This document shows positions 36,130 to 50,529 of a stretch of DNA of 64,000 nt, one piece after another (positions within the stretch are counted from its first letter, which is position 1; each line of letters starts with the position of its first letter). A model generated the notes under the pieces. The model saw nothing but the letters and a program-made list of their open reading frames with translations, did no database searches and was not told where the DNA came from. Source of the DNA: Paraphysomonas bandaiensis (lineage: Eukaryota; Protista; Chrysophyceae); contig CBFFRP010000407.1 in NCBI GenBank assembly GCA_965644295.1, positions 62,001 to 126,000 of the forward strand, given 5' to 3'. Made by a program: the position numbers and the translations under genes.

Positions 36130-37338
36130 TCACCATTTACGGCCACTTTCACTGGGAATGAATATGTCCGCTCCGTTTGCACTTGCATCTCCGGTGTTCA
36201 TAGTGTCCAGATAAATCGATATACTTATCGGACTAACATGAGGATGCTGGGAGCTAGACCTACTCAACTCATGATTTATCGCAATAGCTAACTTGTGACA
36301 TGCAACTACAGCTGCTGCCCGAAGTGCCACTTCACTGCCAACACCACCTTCGGCCACTAATACTGGGACACTACTCACTGTACTGTCCTCTGGTGGTTGC
36401 AATATTCCTAGAGATATGAGCGCGTTGATGCCTCGCACAGACGGAGCAGCTAGCAGTCCATCAGCAGCAGACAGCAAATCAGTACTCCCCCATGTCTCTG
36501 CAAACCGAACACACACCTCATGGACCATTCGTCGAACATTTTTCAGGAAGCACAGCTCAGACATCTCCTCTGCAGCAGGTCCAGTGCACCGAACAGACAC
36601 AAAATGGCGGTCGTCCAAAGCTAAAATACTCCCAGATACTTCTCTACATATTTGCTCTAAGGGAGCATCTTGTCTCTGTTTCAGGTGGTAAAGAAGCAAA
36701 CTTGCCATATCCTTGTGTCCCAGTGAGTTTAGGGCATCCCCGCAATGGGTCAGTGCAGTGGCATATACGTCAGCAAGATCCGCGAGTCCACCCCTTTTCT
36801 CCATTTGAACAAATGAAAGGCGGTCTTTGTGTTCATCATCCAGATCCACTTTTTCAGTCATAGGGAGTGAGAATAGCTGCCCTACAACAGTGTCACTTTA
36901 AGGAAGCGGCGTAAACAAGACATACCAATATCGCTTGCTGTCATCGATCGCATGAAGGCAGCGTCCAAATTGTTCTGAGCAATAAATGCACCAAATATTC
37001 CAAATAAAACAACATCAGACAACGATGGCTGTCCCGCCTCAACGCTCCTATGCTCGTACATACTCCCAATCTAAACATAAACGCTGTAAAATCCCTTCCA
37101 GCATCATCGTCAATTTACTTGCCGATAGTATGTGTAAAACCGACACAAAGTTTATTTCATCCGTTTCGCATGCAAACCGAAGCGGCATCTGAACAGGCTT
37201 TATTTTGGTTTTATAAGAGTCGAGATGGGCATCGATGAAGGCACGACTAAAATTTTGAATGGCGTCGTCACTGATAGTGACTACAGCCTGCTGCTCAACA
37301 AAACGCAGAAAAGGGTCTAACACTTCTTCAGAGGACAT
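36130..37338 (-). CDS. Divergent DUF2419 / queuosine-salvage (QNG1-like) family protein, multi-exon
   Basis: Layout and motifs 'MPLRFACETDEINFVSVLHIL', 'LDDRH...ELCFLK' and 'LISLGIL...EVALRAAAVVAC' resemble DUF2419 proteins. The catalytic-region motifs look degenerate. Confidence 0.5.
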
Positions 37339-37751
37339 GGCCACATGCACGATAGGCTGCAGATACGGCGACCAGAACTCAACACTTCGACTAACTTTGT
37401 GAGGTACGGCCAGTAGTGGTGCCGTATATGAAGTATACCATGAAGGGTATGAGGATGAATTCGGTGCACGGTATACCGCGTACATAATTATCCTACATGT
37501 CTGTGTACTCTGCTGTACAGAGTGTTGTATGTTGATAGGACGTAGTTGGAAGATGTGGATATACTGTATATACATATGCGGTATGTGCGTGTGTGTTGAT
37601 GGATTGAAATTTCAAAGTGTGGGTATATACTGTAAGTAGTAGAGAATGATGTTTGAAGATGTTGTGTATGAAGATGAATGCGACAGCTGCAGTGACGATA
37701 GTGACAACAGTGACGACAGTAGCAGATCCCAATGCAGAGTCCCGCTGATTG

Positions 37752-37911
37752 AAGGAGATCCACTGCTCTGAATTTCTTGAGTCTGTAAGGAAGGATGTTG
37801 AGTGCACTTTTGGCATCCCTAAGAAAAGAATTCGGTGGTTAAAAACTCCCTTTGTTACCATGACGAGGACACAGTAATGGAAGCTGTTACATGTTGTGCT
37901 ATATCGCATAA
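37752..37911 (+). pseudogene. PIF/Harbinger (DDE_Tnp_4/Plant_tran) transposase relic
   Basis: 'SEFLESVRKDVECTFGIPKKRIRWLK', then a frameshift to 'EAVTCCAISHN'. These match the Harbinger ES.RKDVEC.FG.LK.R and CC.LHN motifs. Confidence 0.8.
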
Positions 37912-38189
37912 CGTGGACGACAACATCCACAGAGTTGTTTCATTTACTGCCAGCAATGTACCACTTTCACTAGTACCAGTTACTTACATTATGATCGTCT
38001 ACACCAGGCCTTAGTTGCCTACGTGCACTTCCAATATATGTTCGGTCAACTGCAATGACCTAAGCGGCTAAGAGCAATGTCAAACAGTTCCATCTCATGG
38101 GGCACATCAATACACATGTCAATAAATAACTGTATAATGCTCTCTACGTGAAGGAATCAGATCTATGTGTTGTTATGTTGACTACGTGC

Positions 38190-38530
38190 TATAATCGAGG
38201 CATCGACAACGGTTTGTTCTGCAACCTATATATACCTGTCTCAAGTGATGATATTTTTGTGTGCGCATTCAAAGGAGACACAATTTCTGCAACGGAATAT
38301 GAAGCGAGAGAAATAACTGACAAGGGAGATTTGCTATTGATTTGCTAGGAGGTTTGTGTTACGACTGCTATGATTATTACGAAAATAGCAATTGTATTGC
38401 AGTAGTGAATGTCTTATTTAAGTATCTACCCGCAATGCTCTGTATTAGCTTTGCGATGTAAGTATTAACGTATTCCGGTTCAATACAAGGTGATAAGAAA
38501 CTTCGTATTGGGATTGGGGACAGTTTTCGC
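38190..38530 (+). pseudogene. Degenerate SET-domain coding relic
   Basis: 'GIDNGLF...IP...CAFKGDTISATEYEAR' resembles SET N-terminal motifs (GxGLF, Y/FxGExI..E...R). A frameshifted 'YDCY...CIA..N' follows. Stops are present. Confidence 0.45.
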
Positions 38531-39315
38531 ACAGGAAGTAGTCTTAGTCTACTATTCCTCCGCTCCTCCTATACAGTTTAGCACATAACACCTATAATCC
38601 TTACCGCTCATATTGAGTGAGTTTTGCCAGAAATAAATTTTGCTGGCTATAATTGGTGCAAGGAGTGCCTTTCCTTTTGTCAGGGTAATACTCTAGATAG
38701 GTGTGAATTACAATTGATCATGTAATATACATTTTCGGCATTCATTTTATTAGTTGAAACTTTGAAATAGGGGGCAACTCATTGAGCTGTGGTGTTAAAT
38801 GTTGAGCTTGGCTTAATATTGAGCAATGGAATGGGTTTTGAGCTATAACCGTTGGAGATGAATACAGTAACCAAAGGCAGTATTTATGAAATTGGATAAG
38901 CTGAAGTATAGTGACTGTATAAAATCGTGTCTAAGAATGTAAATTATTCGTCTGTGATTAGTCAGCAAGCTAATGTAGCAAGTTGCAATGAGTGATGAGA
39001 AATGATTCATCCAAATTTCAATAGTCTAATAATAAATAGGTCATTTCGTGAAATTATAATTTTATGTAGAAGTATTAATAACGTTAAACTGAAGTGCTCT
39101 TGCAATGAGTTCCTTGAACTATATGTGGAATTACATTCATGGAAGAGTGACTACAGCATTATAAACACTATTATTTATATGCTGCGCATATATCATGTGG
39201 TTTACAATTACGACAATCTAATCTACGTATTCTTCATCATAATGTGTTCTTAACAAAATACAAACAACCGATACTTCATGACTACTCTTATAGTTGCCAG
39301 TAAGCCGATTTATTT

Positions 39316-42300
39316 TCATTCTTTTGGTTCCATCCCGCCTCCAACTTTCGTTTTGTCGATCCCTAAGGGAAGTCTCATCTGCTCTCTCGATCCCTTGGAA
39401 GTGTTGATCGAATCGTCATCATGACGCTTGCTCAGACTAGTTGACTGTCCATATGCACCCATCACCTCTAGATCATGCTGTGATGGGTGTCCAGTAATGT
39501 CCGCGTGTGTTTTCCCGTGATTCACCCTATATGGCCCAAAAGTGTCAATTTGACATTGCATGAATATTGCGAACTTACCTCACTGAGTTGTCCATGCCCA
39601 CCGCAATCATGAGCCGATTTTCCTTCGTACTTCTGGCTGTGCTGCGTGCAGTTGTGTGTGCTTGAGGGAGGTTCCCAGCAGGAGTTTGGGACATGACTTT
39701 CGCCAACAATGCCCTTAGTCGGGAGAGCTCTGTGCGCTGCATATTTCTCTCTCGGCTGGCCTCATCAAGCTGAGCAGTCAGTGCTTCTGTTTCTTTTACC
39801 AGCTTCTCTATTTGAGCGTCTTTCTTGCGAAGCAGACGCTGTTCTACTGTCATGGCACCTTTCAGATAGTCGTGCGCTATGGGTGACCCTGCGTAGTCCT
39901 TTGCGCTTCCCGGACGCTTAGTCTTCGAGTTTGATACCGCGAAGCTGCCTCTCTGTGGAGGGGAGTTTCCAGCTACATATGAAGATGCATCAAATTGCAA
40001 GCTATTCATCGTATGCAAAAAATAAACCTACCGCTGTGAAGATTTGGGGCACTGGTCTGTGCATGCATATCAGTCTTCACATCACCGACACGGTTGGCTC
40101 TGTCGCCTAGCTGTACAGCGCTCGCTGATGCCTTTTTATCAAACCCAGGGCGAGCAGAACTATTACCGCTATTCGTTCGGCGAGTTGACGGGGGAGCACT
40201 CGCTTCCCGACTGGAACGCCCACTCTCCTTCATGCTCTGTGCAGCAGCCTTTCGAATATGTGCTGCGAGAATATCACAAGACACTACAACTCGATTATAT
40301 GTACAACATACCAGTTGTGTCAGACTCATTGTCGGACCGCGTAATGTCCATTTCCCAGTCCTTGCATGACTGCATGTCATCCTTTTGTGCAACACCTACG
40401 GATGCCACAAGTTGTTGAGCCTGAGCATCAAGAAGTGCCTGGTTTGCAATCTCTAGCTTTCTCGTCAGATTTTTGACCTCCTTGCGCAGCTCATTACATT
40501 CAAATATCAAATGACTGTTCTCGTTTAATCTAAAGTAGTAGTTAATCAAATTGAGTGACACAAATAATTACAATGCTGCACCAAATTAACGAAGCAGTAC
40601 ATCTCATACATACCTAGCACGGTTAATCCTACTGGCCTCCTGCTTTGTGCTTCGTAACCTATGTTGAAGATTTTCAGCAGAACGTTCCACAAATTGCCTC
40701 TGCCGGTGAGCCTCCTTAGCGCTTTCAATCAGTTCTGATTCAATCTCTTGAAGTAAGGCTTTCTTCATATTTTTACCACCCTTCATTACCCCGGGCACCA
40801 TACCAGTCACCTTTCCACCTCCAGCTTTCAGTGTACCGGGTGAGTCATTGGTCATCGAAAAGCCCAAGTCGCTGTCGTCGTCGCTGTCTTCTCCCCGGAG
40901 AAGAAACTGCACCGCCCCACTCTCGTCTTGTGCCGACACTCCCGCAGCCGTCTTGAAATCCATCTTCACGTTTTCTCCCTTGACATACTTGCGGTAGAGT
41001 TGCTTAACGGCAGATTCCAGTTCCTTCTGTCCAAATGCACCAATTACATTCTCCAGTTCACGCCGAAAAGTTGCGATGTAGATATCTTTTTGTCTGTTGT
41101 CCTGACGCAGTAAGCCCACTTCGTGGATAAAAGCGGATATGCGCAGATCCTTAGCCTCAGCCTTCATCGACTCCTCCTTCTTATTCTCGAACTCTTCCAC
41201 AAGCTCCTCATACATTGTCCGAATGTGCTGTCAAAACAAATATTACAGGAATACTTAGTAATCATAATCATGTTAGTTTTTATACACACGCACCTGCTCA
41301 AGACCTTCGATATGCTGTGTGATAGGGCCACGCTCAGAGGACAGCTGTTGAAGTCTGTGGTCCAAAACAAATCTGAAATTCTCTAAGGTTCTCGTGGTGC
41401 TTCGTAGCTCAAGAATAGTCTTCTCTTTTTCAGCCAGAGCCTCCTCTCTCTCCAGAAGATTCTTCTTATAATGTTCAATCGTATCCTGTAGCTTTTGCCG
41501 CTCTTTCCTCTCATGCAACAGAATCGCTTGTCGAGCCTTCGCAGAACTGGCAAGTTCTGTTAACTTCTTCTTTAGTTGATCCAGTTTCGTATTTTTTGTT
41601 TGAACTAGAGTACGTAACTTCGTAATATTTTCTCGCTCACTCTTGAGCTCACTCTCTGCAGCTGCAATTAACTGTCGTAGTTCATCTTCATACTCATCCT
41701 CCTGCTGATCCAATATTTCCTTGAAAGCATTCTCATCATTCGTCTTCTCGTCAACAAGACGCTTTTTCTCATTGAACATTTTCTTTTCAAACCGACGGGA
41801 CTTATTCTTAATTTCGTTCAGTTGACGCTCAAACTCTTGACGCTCAGCATGTAGCAGCCCCTCACATCTTTGTTTCAGTAACTCCATTTCCTCACCTACA
41901 CATCCATGTTCAGAAGAATATAAACACACAAATACTGAACTCAAAGCTATTTCATTTAAAATTTAAATAGAATGTAGACAACACACTATGTACCGAGTCT
42001 GTCATATCGGTCTAGCTGGTCGGCTAACTTGTGCTCGTATCTGTTCTCAAGCTCGGCAGTCATTCTCACATGATCGAGGCCTTTACTCTCCAGAGTAGCC
42101 ATTAAGTCTCGTATTTTGGCCTCCATTTTGCTTTGCATGTTTTCGAACTTCTCTTTCTCATTGTTCATGGCAGTGTTGTGGCGATCAAGTAGTCTCTTAA
42201 CCTCATCGGCATGAGTATTCTCATTCTATAAGACGCACTATAAGAACATCGCAAAGCATTTCCGAATTCAACAGAATAAAGGGAAACACAAACTGACCTG

Positions 42301-45034
42301 ATGGATTTCAAATGCAAATTTCGTAGCCATTTCTTCAATTTTCTTTTTGAGATCAAACACTTCCTGTATATGATCTTCCATGTCATCCTTAGCGATTTGC
42401 ACTGTACCAGAGTTATACACTGCACCACTAAATTCTGAAGACGATACAGAAAAGAGATCCATGGCACCATCACCGCCAGATAAGGCTGCTAATTGGCCTT
42501 TTAGAACAGAATGTACAAAAACTGATGCATCTTCACTGACGGTGAGAATGATATGGCCTGTGGGACTCTCACGTATATCGACAACCGCCTGAGAATGTGC
42601 CTGAGTCTCCAGATACGGTGGGGGGTCTATCTTGATAGGCCAGTCATATATGCGCAAGCTTCCATCGCTCATTCCACAGTACACGAACTTCTTACACTGG
42701 GAAATTATAAGTGCAGTAATGCACAGTCTATCATCTACCCTTAAGGTAACCAATTGCCCTCCAGTGTCATCCCTGGCCTGCGACTTGCCATCGTGACCAA
42801 TCGGAATCCACTCTGCTAGTCGCATAAACATATCCTGACCGGTCAGTATGACCGTGTTGGTACCAATTATAAAGCAGTTCGGATCTACATGCGACTCAGG
42901 AGACCCATCACCGCCCCACTCGACAAAATTTCGGCCATTTCTTCTTTCAATACTGGATCCAACTAAACTTGAGTCAAAACCATCTACGGCTAACCCCAAT
43001 ATACCGGACGACCTACATTCCATCACAAGTGTTACGCCGAACAGAACCATAACAACAAGCAAACCTGTTCGAAGAATATACATCCAGACGATGTTCATAT
43101 TGCAAACTCCACCCATATACGTTTCCATCAGCCCCAGCGGAAAAAAGGACCTGGTCCCCCGGTCCCCAAGCGATTCTGCGGACAGCCAGCATGTGCCCCT
43201 GGAAGCACATAACTTGGCTGAATGTTTTCGTATCAAATACAATAACGTTAATAGTGGAGGCAGCAGCCCAATACTGCCCACTGTTTGAGAAACGCAGCTC
43301 CTTTAGACTCTTAGAAGCCGTCTCCTGGAACAGCTTTATCTTGTCCATGTAGACGTTATATAGACGAACTTTTTCTTTGAATGATACAATAATCTGGAAC
43401 CCAGATGGATGCATGGCAAGTGCAATTGGATCCTCCTGAAGAAATTTATGTGTGAGCTCACACTTCATGGTCTCAAAGTTCCATATACGGAGTGAGCTAT
43501 CCATAGAGAGGGTTGCATACAGACTACGGTGGTAGGCCACATCAGATGATATTATGGCGCTATCATGGAAGCCCCCAGGACAGAGATCCACTGCAGCCAC
43601 AACTTCAGACTCCTTCTCCCCCGGTATGTCATGTTGCCCGATGCCAACACTTACTAGTCGTCCTTCAGTGCTGACAAGAATCAAGCGGTCCTCTGAGGGC
43701 AGCACTGCTCCGCCAATAAAGTTCGTGACCTCTAAGCACATGCTGCGAACCTCATAGTAGGGCTCCCTCTTGTCGTCACACTTCTCATATATAGCCACAA
43801 ATCCTTCCTTGCCATACAAGCAGAACCCTGTACGTAATAATTAATTAATTGTTTACTTCGACGGCATACGGTGTCTAGTTCTATAAAATAATCCTTCAGA
43901 AATTATCGGACATACCTTTAGAAAAGACTGCCAGACCCTCTATGGAAGCATTGGGAGTTTCAAACCTAGGGTTTACAGTCTGCCTGAACTCAAGACTAAT
44001 GGGTGGTCCAACTGTGCCAGGAGGAGAGTCCGGCCCTTCGAACACATAAACATTCTGTCGCCGATAGCCATCCGCCACACTCTCAGTTGCAGAAATGGCA
44101 ACCATCCTAGCCACAAATCAAACGATACATGCATATGATTATCTTACAACGCCAGAAAAGTACAATTCATACTAGTAGATTGTATACCTGTGCAATGCGT
44201 CTGTCTGGGACAACCACTTATGATCAACGAAGTTTTCACACTCTTTGGAAGGGTTAAGAAGGGAACTTGTCTTCAGCGCACCATCCTGGCCCACTGAAAA
44301 ACACTTCAAAACTCCTGGGCCTGATACAGATATCTGTAGCTGGGATGGCGATACACTCATGCGGTTAGGCTAAATATACGCAGAACTAATTACCGCGAGT
44401 GATCGATGTAAATTTGAACACTCACCTTCGACTGCAATGACACAGACTTATACTGCCGCTCTTTCTCCCACTGCCAAATGACAAGCTGATACTCATGACC
44501 ATCATTCAGGGTAACGAGATATTTGGCATCCCCAGTAAAAGCAGAACAAATGAATTCACCGGTGCAGGCGTGAGTTACAGTTTTCTGCCGAGAAAACGTG
44601 GTGAGTGAAAATACTGAAGCCTGGGCGTGCCCCGGGCCAGTTTTCTCATGTCGCACAGATTCGCACACTGATATATAGCGGGAAGAATATGAAATGGTAG
44701 AGTGTAAAACTGTTGTTACAGATTTCAATCTGCCTGTAAGGAACTGTTGTTTGGAACTTTCAGGGTCATAGATGCAAATTTGTTTTCCAACTCGAAACAC
44801 GAGACGATCATTGACGTCCCTATCTCCCGTTAATGAGTTATAAGATATGAGGGGATCAGTAGTTGTTGGGTTACATCCAAACGTATGCCTGAGTGAAAGC
44901 TTTGCCAGGATGCCCTCCCCGGCTGGATTCTGTTCATCGTGTTTCTTTTGCTTTCCAGACCCTGCCCCTTTCTTTGCTTTTGGCGCGACGTGCTCACCCA
45001 TTGAAGCGTCCACAGAGCCACCAAATCCATCCAT
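39316..45034 (-). CDS. CFAP57: Cilia- and flagella-associated protein 57 (WDR65), multi-exon
   Basis: N-terminal WD40 propellers ('SLRHTFG', 'ALAMHPSGFQIIVSFKEKVRLYNV', 'FSNSGQYWAA', 'FSAGADGNVYGW') plus a C-terminal coiled coil ('LENFRFVLDHRLQQL', 'ENSHLIFECNELRKE'). Confidence 0.88.
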
Positions 45035-45155
45035 TGTAAAACAAAGGATGCTGTATGTAAGGTAAGAGCAGTGTGTTGGATAGCCGCGATGTCTCGCGCC
45101 TAAAATAATGTCTTTAAAACCTGAAATACAGCCAGATGATCGGTTACAAACACCG

Positions 45156-45210
45156 ACATACACTGTATACACTCTGTATACCGGTACATACACTCTGTAT
45201 ACCGGTACAT
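45156..45210. repeat. 21-bp tandem repeat (ACATACACTCTGTATACCGGT-like, ~2.5 copies) in a divergent promoter
   Basis: Direct reading: ...TACACTCTGTATACCGGTACA TACACTCTGTATACCGGTACA... Confidence 0.8.
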
Positions 45211-45457
45211 GCAGCAGAGGGGTGTATTCAGCAGCAGTATTCCACTGTATTGTTGACGTTTTTGTGTGGAATTCAAATATATTTTGGCTGTATGATCCAG
45301 GCAGATATGTCGCTCTGTTTATCATACCGAACACTGGCACTCACGCTCAGTCCAGTCTCTCTTCTTTTAGATTCCAATAGCCCACTTACTCTGTGAATGA
45401 TTTTTAAACTCAAGCCGATGACGTGCTGCTGCTAAACTATTCTCTTTGTTATGTTCC

Positions 45458-48400
45458 ATGTCACACGCAGAGCACCAATCAGGATCCGGTGAATCAAATC
45501 TGATGTCCAGCAACACCCCTCCGCCTCCTCCAGCTATTTGTGATGATTTATTCTCTATTCCTCCACCACCGCATCTCACTCGTGTCTCTGAACCGAAGCC
45601 ACTGCAGAGGTTATCCCCTGGGTATGATATGCGCACCCTGAGAAAACAAGTGGACCAGCTTCATCAGGATATTGTGGAACGGGTGCAAAGTCAAGGCATA
45701 TTATACAGTCAAAATGAACAACTTTGGGAATATTTGACAATATTGCTAAAGACGAATCGTACCAATGCCAAAGTGCTGAGGGATCGAATCCAGTCATTGC
45801 ACAATGAACTTCATGCCCTGCATGTGGAGAGGGCTGTCCTAATTAACAAATTGCGGGATGGCCAAATGTGCAAGGATAAGCTGGAGTTTATTACTGTTGA
45901 ACATAATAGCGCTCTACAGGCGCTTTCAGATGCAGAAGATAAGAAACTTGCCGCTGTCGAAGCCTTGAAGAGGTTGATTTTGATCATACAAAAATGTCAT
46001 AAAAACTTAACGTTTTAACTTTAGTGCAGAAGAGGAGAATGAAACTTTGGAGCTCAATTTGCAAAATCAGGTAACAATACAGTTTTAGATTCTCCAAGAT
46101 ATATTCGCTGTTCTCTCATGATTAAACTGTCGTAGCTGGGCCGTATGCGACATATTCATACACAACTGGAGGATCTTCGCAGTCGCAAAATTGAGGAAGA
46201 TGCCTATGAACGGGCCGAAGATTACTACAGCAATAGCCATTGTGTTCTTCGGCGTGCCCTACGTAGATTTTATGATCAAGTGCGGCAAAGTAGAAGGAGA
46301 AGCAGCTTAAAAGCATCGGTGAAACGCGTACACAGAGCTTGGGTACTGGGCATGTAGGTGACTGTACTGTTCATGTGCGTTTAGTTATGAGGGATGTGGT
46401 AGGTGTACATCTCTTTGGCAAGGTTTCGTGAAGCGAAGACGCCTAATGCATCGCAACACGGCTCGACGCGCTTGGGAAGGTGCGCGCCTGTGTGTGGCCC
46501 GTTGGAAGGTATACACTGCTCTTGAGAGGCATTTCAAGGACTGCGCTCGACGGCGTAGACTGAGTTCTGCATTTTGCCTCTGGAAAGAGGGTGTGTTGGC
46601 CTTCATCGCTGAGAGACAGGCAGACGAATTTCGTACAAACTTAGAAATGCGACGGTGCAAGGCAAGGGTGATACGAGAATGGAAGAAGCTCTGCGTTTTT
46701 GTGGAGTGGGAATCACTTGAACTTAGGTAAACTCGACAACGTGTTTATCATTTTTCTTATCTTTGATGACTCTTATTGTCATGTCTAACAGACACAAAGA
46801 GAGAGTTGCGAGTCGTCACTTTGTGGCACGATTGTTGCATCATTGGCGACTCATTTCTGATATCAGTGCGGATGAGCTTGCAGATAGGGCAAGCAGAGTA
46901 AGATTTGGATCAAGGCTACTCCGGCGTCCTTTTCAGGCGTGGAGGTATCTGTGATTCACTTTTTCTGTCACGTGTTGCTGCAACTTCTATGGAGAGTGAA
47001 GTAATTTTAATTGTATTTTTGGTATGGGGTGCAGGACGCTTGGTATATGCCATAGTCTTCGTCGAGCTATGATGTTGCGACGGGTATTCAGAAATATAGA
47101 AGTAAGTTAAGCCTGTAAATAATACCCCGTCGTCAAAATATCACGTGCTTATTGATGTACATACAGTGGCTACGTGCACGGCGGGAGAAGCATGATAGTC
47201 TCCTTCGCCGTGCAGCTCTGGAGTCTTTGCGAATACGGGGGAGAGCTTGTCTCAGGCGGATGCGCGTTCACGCCAGGTGCATTACCACCACAAAATACGT
47301 GGTGTGTGTTTTTTCTGACTGTACCAATATGCATCATAGGAATAAAGCAAAGTATTTTGCAACAGTTAAGCAGCTACAATCTGTAGGAAATCCAAGGTCG
47401 TGGTCGAGTATGGAGTTGTGTCGCAATATGAGGCGCAGAAAAATATTTGGGTGTCTTCTGACTTGGGCACAGAGGTGACGCGTTTTAACTGAGGCCATTT
47501 CAAGCTAACGCATTATAGACTCGCAAAATGGAAACACCAGACTATTTGTTGTAAAGTGGCGAAGCGACACATGTCTATCCGGCAGAAGCAGCGCTATCTC
47601 ACTCTATGGTACCGAAACACATGCGAGGTGGGATATCTATTCGTACTTGCGTGGTGCACTATTGAAATGATGTGAACGTACTAATTGTGCCAATAGGCAC
47701 GTAAGATTCTCGTCAAAGCTAATCAAGACCTTACAAGATTGGTGTTTGATCACTGGTGCCTCTTTGTTCCACAAGAGAAGCGAGAAAAGCGACTTGAGAT
47801 GGTCGTGGAAAGAAAGTATCAGGTGGCTGTTGAATCAACTAGAGTAAAGTTGCTTAGGTGTGAGATAAAAATATTCATGTAATTCTATGAGAACTCTGTA
47901 CTCATTGTAGGCGGTGGCGCAAACGTGCCCGGAAGACCAGGCTTCTTAAGATCATGGAATACCAGGTAGGGATATTAGTAAAAAGGAGAAAAATTATATT
48001 TTCCTGCAGTGCTTACGGAGAGTACGTATGTGGTCGCTGAGACTGCACTATACGTTCTGGAGAGACAAGTGGGTGACTGAGCTTGTCTTCAGAGAGAAGG
48101 AGGCTCAGGTATTATTTTTATATACTGCCATTTAGTTGCCAGCTATGTCATCCATGTGTCAGGTGGATGCGAAACGCAACATGTCTCTAGTTGAGCTCAA
48201 GACACTGGAGTTGGAGGATTCTGTAAGGGAACGAGAAGAACTGTTGTCTTCTTTACGTGAAGTGAATGAAGCTTTGGATAAGATGAGGTTAGTAGTCGAT
48301 AAATGCACCTGAATCTTATGTAGGTAAGTAATCACTAAACTGTACTACAGGGAGGCAGTGAAGAAGAAAGATGATCAAATATCCGGTTTCGCAGCTACAC

Positions 48401-49918
48401 TGTCCAATAGGTACTCACTACACTATTTCCAGCAAATAAATGATTTACTGCTACTATTGTTGCGTTTATTATAGGGAGGAGGAACTGCAATCTGCAGAGA
48501 GCACACTCAGAGAGACTAAGGAACAGCTGGAGGACTGCGTTGCTGAAAGAAATCGTCTGCGGGTGCTGGAAGACGTAATATTCAATGGGCAGCATTTCTA
48601 GTGAATTCATTTTAGTATATTTAGGTTTTTGAGCGTGATAAGGAGTTCGAGAGTGCCCGTCAAAAGTAAATTGGCCATCACGTGTTGTCGCTATTGTGAA
48701 AAAGTTCAATTGTGTTCAGATCTATCCAAGAGGATGCCGAATCCACATTACTAAAACTAGAGATGGAGACGTCCGAATTGCGGCAAGAGATTAACGATGC
48801 GAAGAGGCTGGTACGAAGCGAATTCTGTTATATGAATACTGAAAATGTTAAGCTAATATTTGCGTTGTAGTCGTCCGCTACTCAAAGCACCCTAGCAAGC
48901 GAGCTGCATCAGGATGAAGAATTCCTCGGTAGCACAGTTCAGGCTGCCAGTGCTCTACACAGTATGGTTGTGGACAAGCAAAGAGAGATTGCTGATATGG
49001 AGAACAATAGAGATTCGCTGCTTGAGGCAATATCCAAGGTATTGAGTGTCCCGCTGCTTTGTAATATATTGATATGTACTTTGCTGGCATTCTCACTTCT
49101 ATACCTAGGTCAAGAGTCGCCTGCAAAGCACAACTCGAGAAGTATTTGAGGCCGAGGATGAGAGACTGAGAGAAGTACGACAGAAGACTAGCGAGATACA
49201 TATTCTCAGGCAGGACTGAGCATGAAAATATTCTTTTCTGTTCGTACATTTGCTGATTTTGTATATTATTTGCGTTAGGTCTAAAACTAGATTAGCCGAG
49301 TCGCGAGTGGATGCCCTTAGGGAAACCGTACGTGTGCGCCGGGAAGCTTTAAATGCCAAGAAAACAGCACAGCTTCTCAATTCAGATGACAGGTGTTTAT
49401 ATGAAACATAACTTCTCTTAGTCAATAATGAAAACTGAATTAGAGAGTTAGCATCCGTGCAAGGCATGATTGAGCTTGAAGGAGAACGATCTCCTAAGCT
49501 ACGTTCTTACGACATGTACACCTATGAAAATGGTTTGAGCTCTCGACCGCGCTCGACATCTGTACCCTCTACTTCACCTACGATACCTGGTTGGGTATCC
49601 TCTTGGGATAACTCGCGTGCCCGCATCACGGGTAATACACACTCTACAGGACGCCATAGAGAGTGCTCTTATGCTCACCCCAGTCCGTCCAGCAGGACAG
49701 GAGCACTGAGTGTGTCTGAATTACGTACGAAATCGTTTGCGGCCAACGATACTCGGGCATCCTCTCCATCTGTTTCTGTTGATGCCCTCAGTAACGGTTC
49801 CTCGACAGGACTGGCAATCGAAGCAGACGTTGAATATGAAGAAATATCTGAAAGAGTAAGAGGTCTTTCGACGCGGCTACATCGTAGAGTATCTCACATT
49901 TCCAATAAAGAGGTGTGA
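45458..49918 (+). CDS. Coiled-coil protein with Sfi1-like Trp repeats (candidate centrin-binding basal-body protein), many exons
   Basis: Basic helical repeats ending in W ('RRAWEG', 'SAFCLWK', 'VIREWKK', 'LLHHWR', 'PFQAWR', 'VFDHW'), flanked by coiled coils, with a chain of short GT-AG introns. Confidence 0.55.
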
Positions 49919-50529
49919 TGTTATCTATGATTAATACTCCACGTCGCTATATTTGTAGTGATATATATATACGCGAAGAGTAAGTCGTTATTTTTCGAGC
50001 AAGTAAGCTATTTACTGTTAACGCAATGAAATCAGTTGTCCTAAATATTTATAGTTGTTGAATAGGACGCATGTCGTATATTGGCTGTCTGTACAGTACG
50101 AACGACTGTCAGAATTTTTCACCACTAAACTATCAGTAAATTGTATTCCATGGATTGTCTCTTCCTCATACCTACATATTGTATCTAGAATATTATATTA
50201 TGGTTGAATGAAGGTATGAGTGCGTTTGTAGCTGTTAATTATCCACATCATTCGACCCTCCCTGTTATGTGGAGTTTTCGGGGACAGTCTTGAGATATGA
50301 ATTTGCCTCGGTTTCTAATAACATTAGTATGGCAGAAAATAATGATCATAATATGTATTGGACTTGAATGGTTTGTCTCTAATTGTTCTATACTTTATAT
50401 GTAATATAGTTATCCTGATTAGCATTAAGAAAAATGAATGGTATGTATACTGGCTATGTATGCTTTGGGAATACTGCAATAAACCCCCAAATTTATATGT
50501 ATATAGTAGCGACAACAACAAATGTACTC

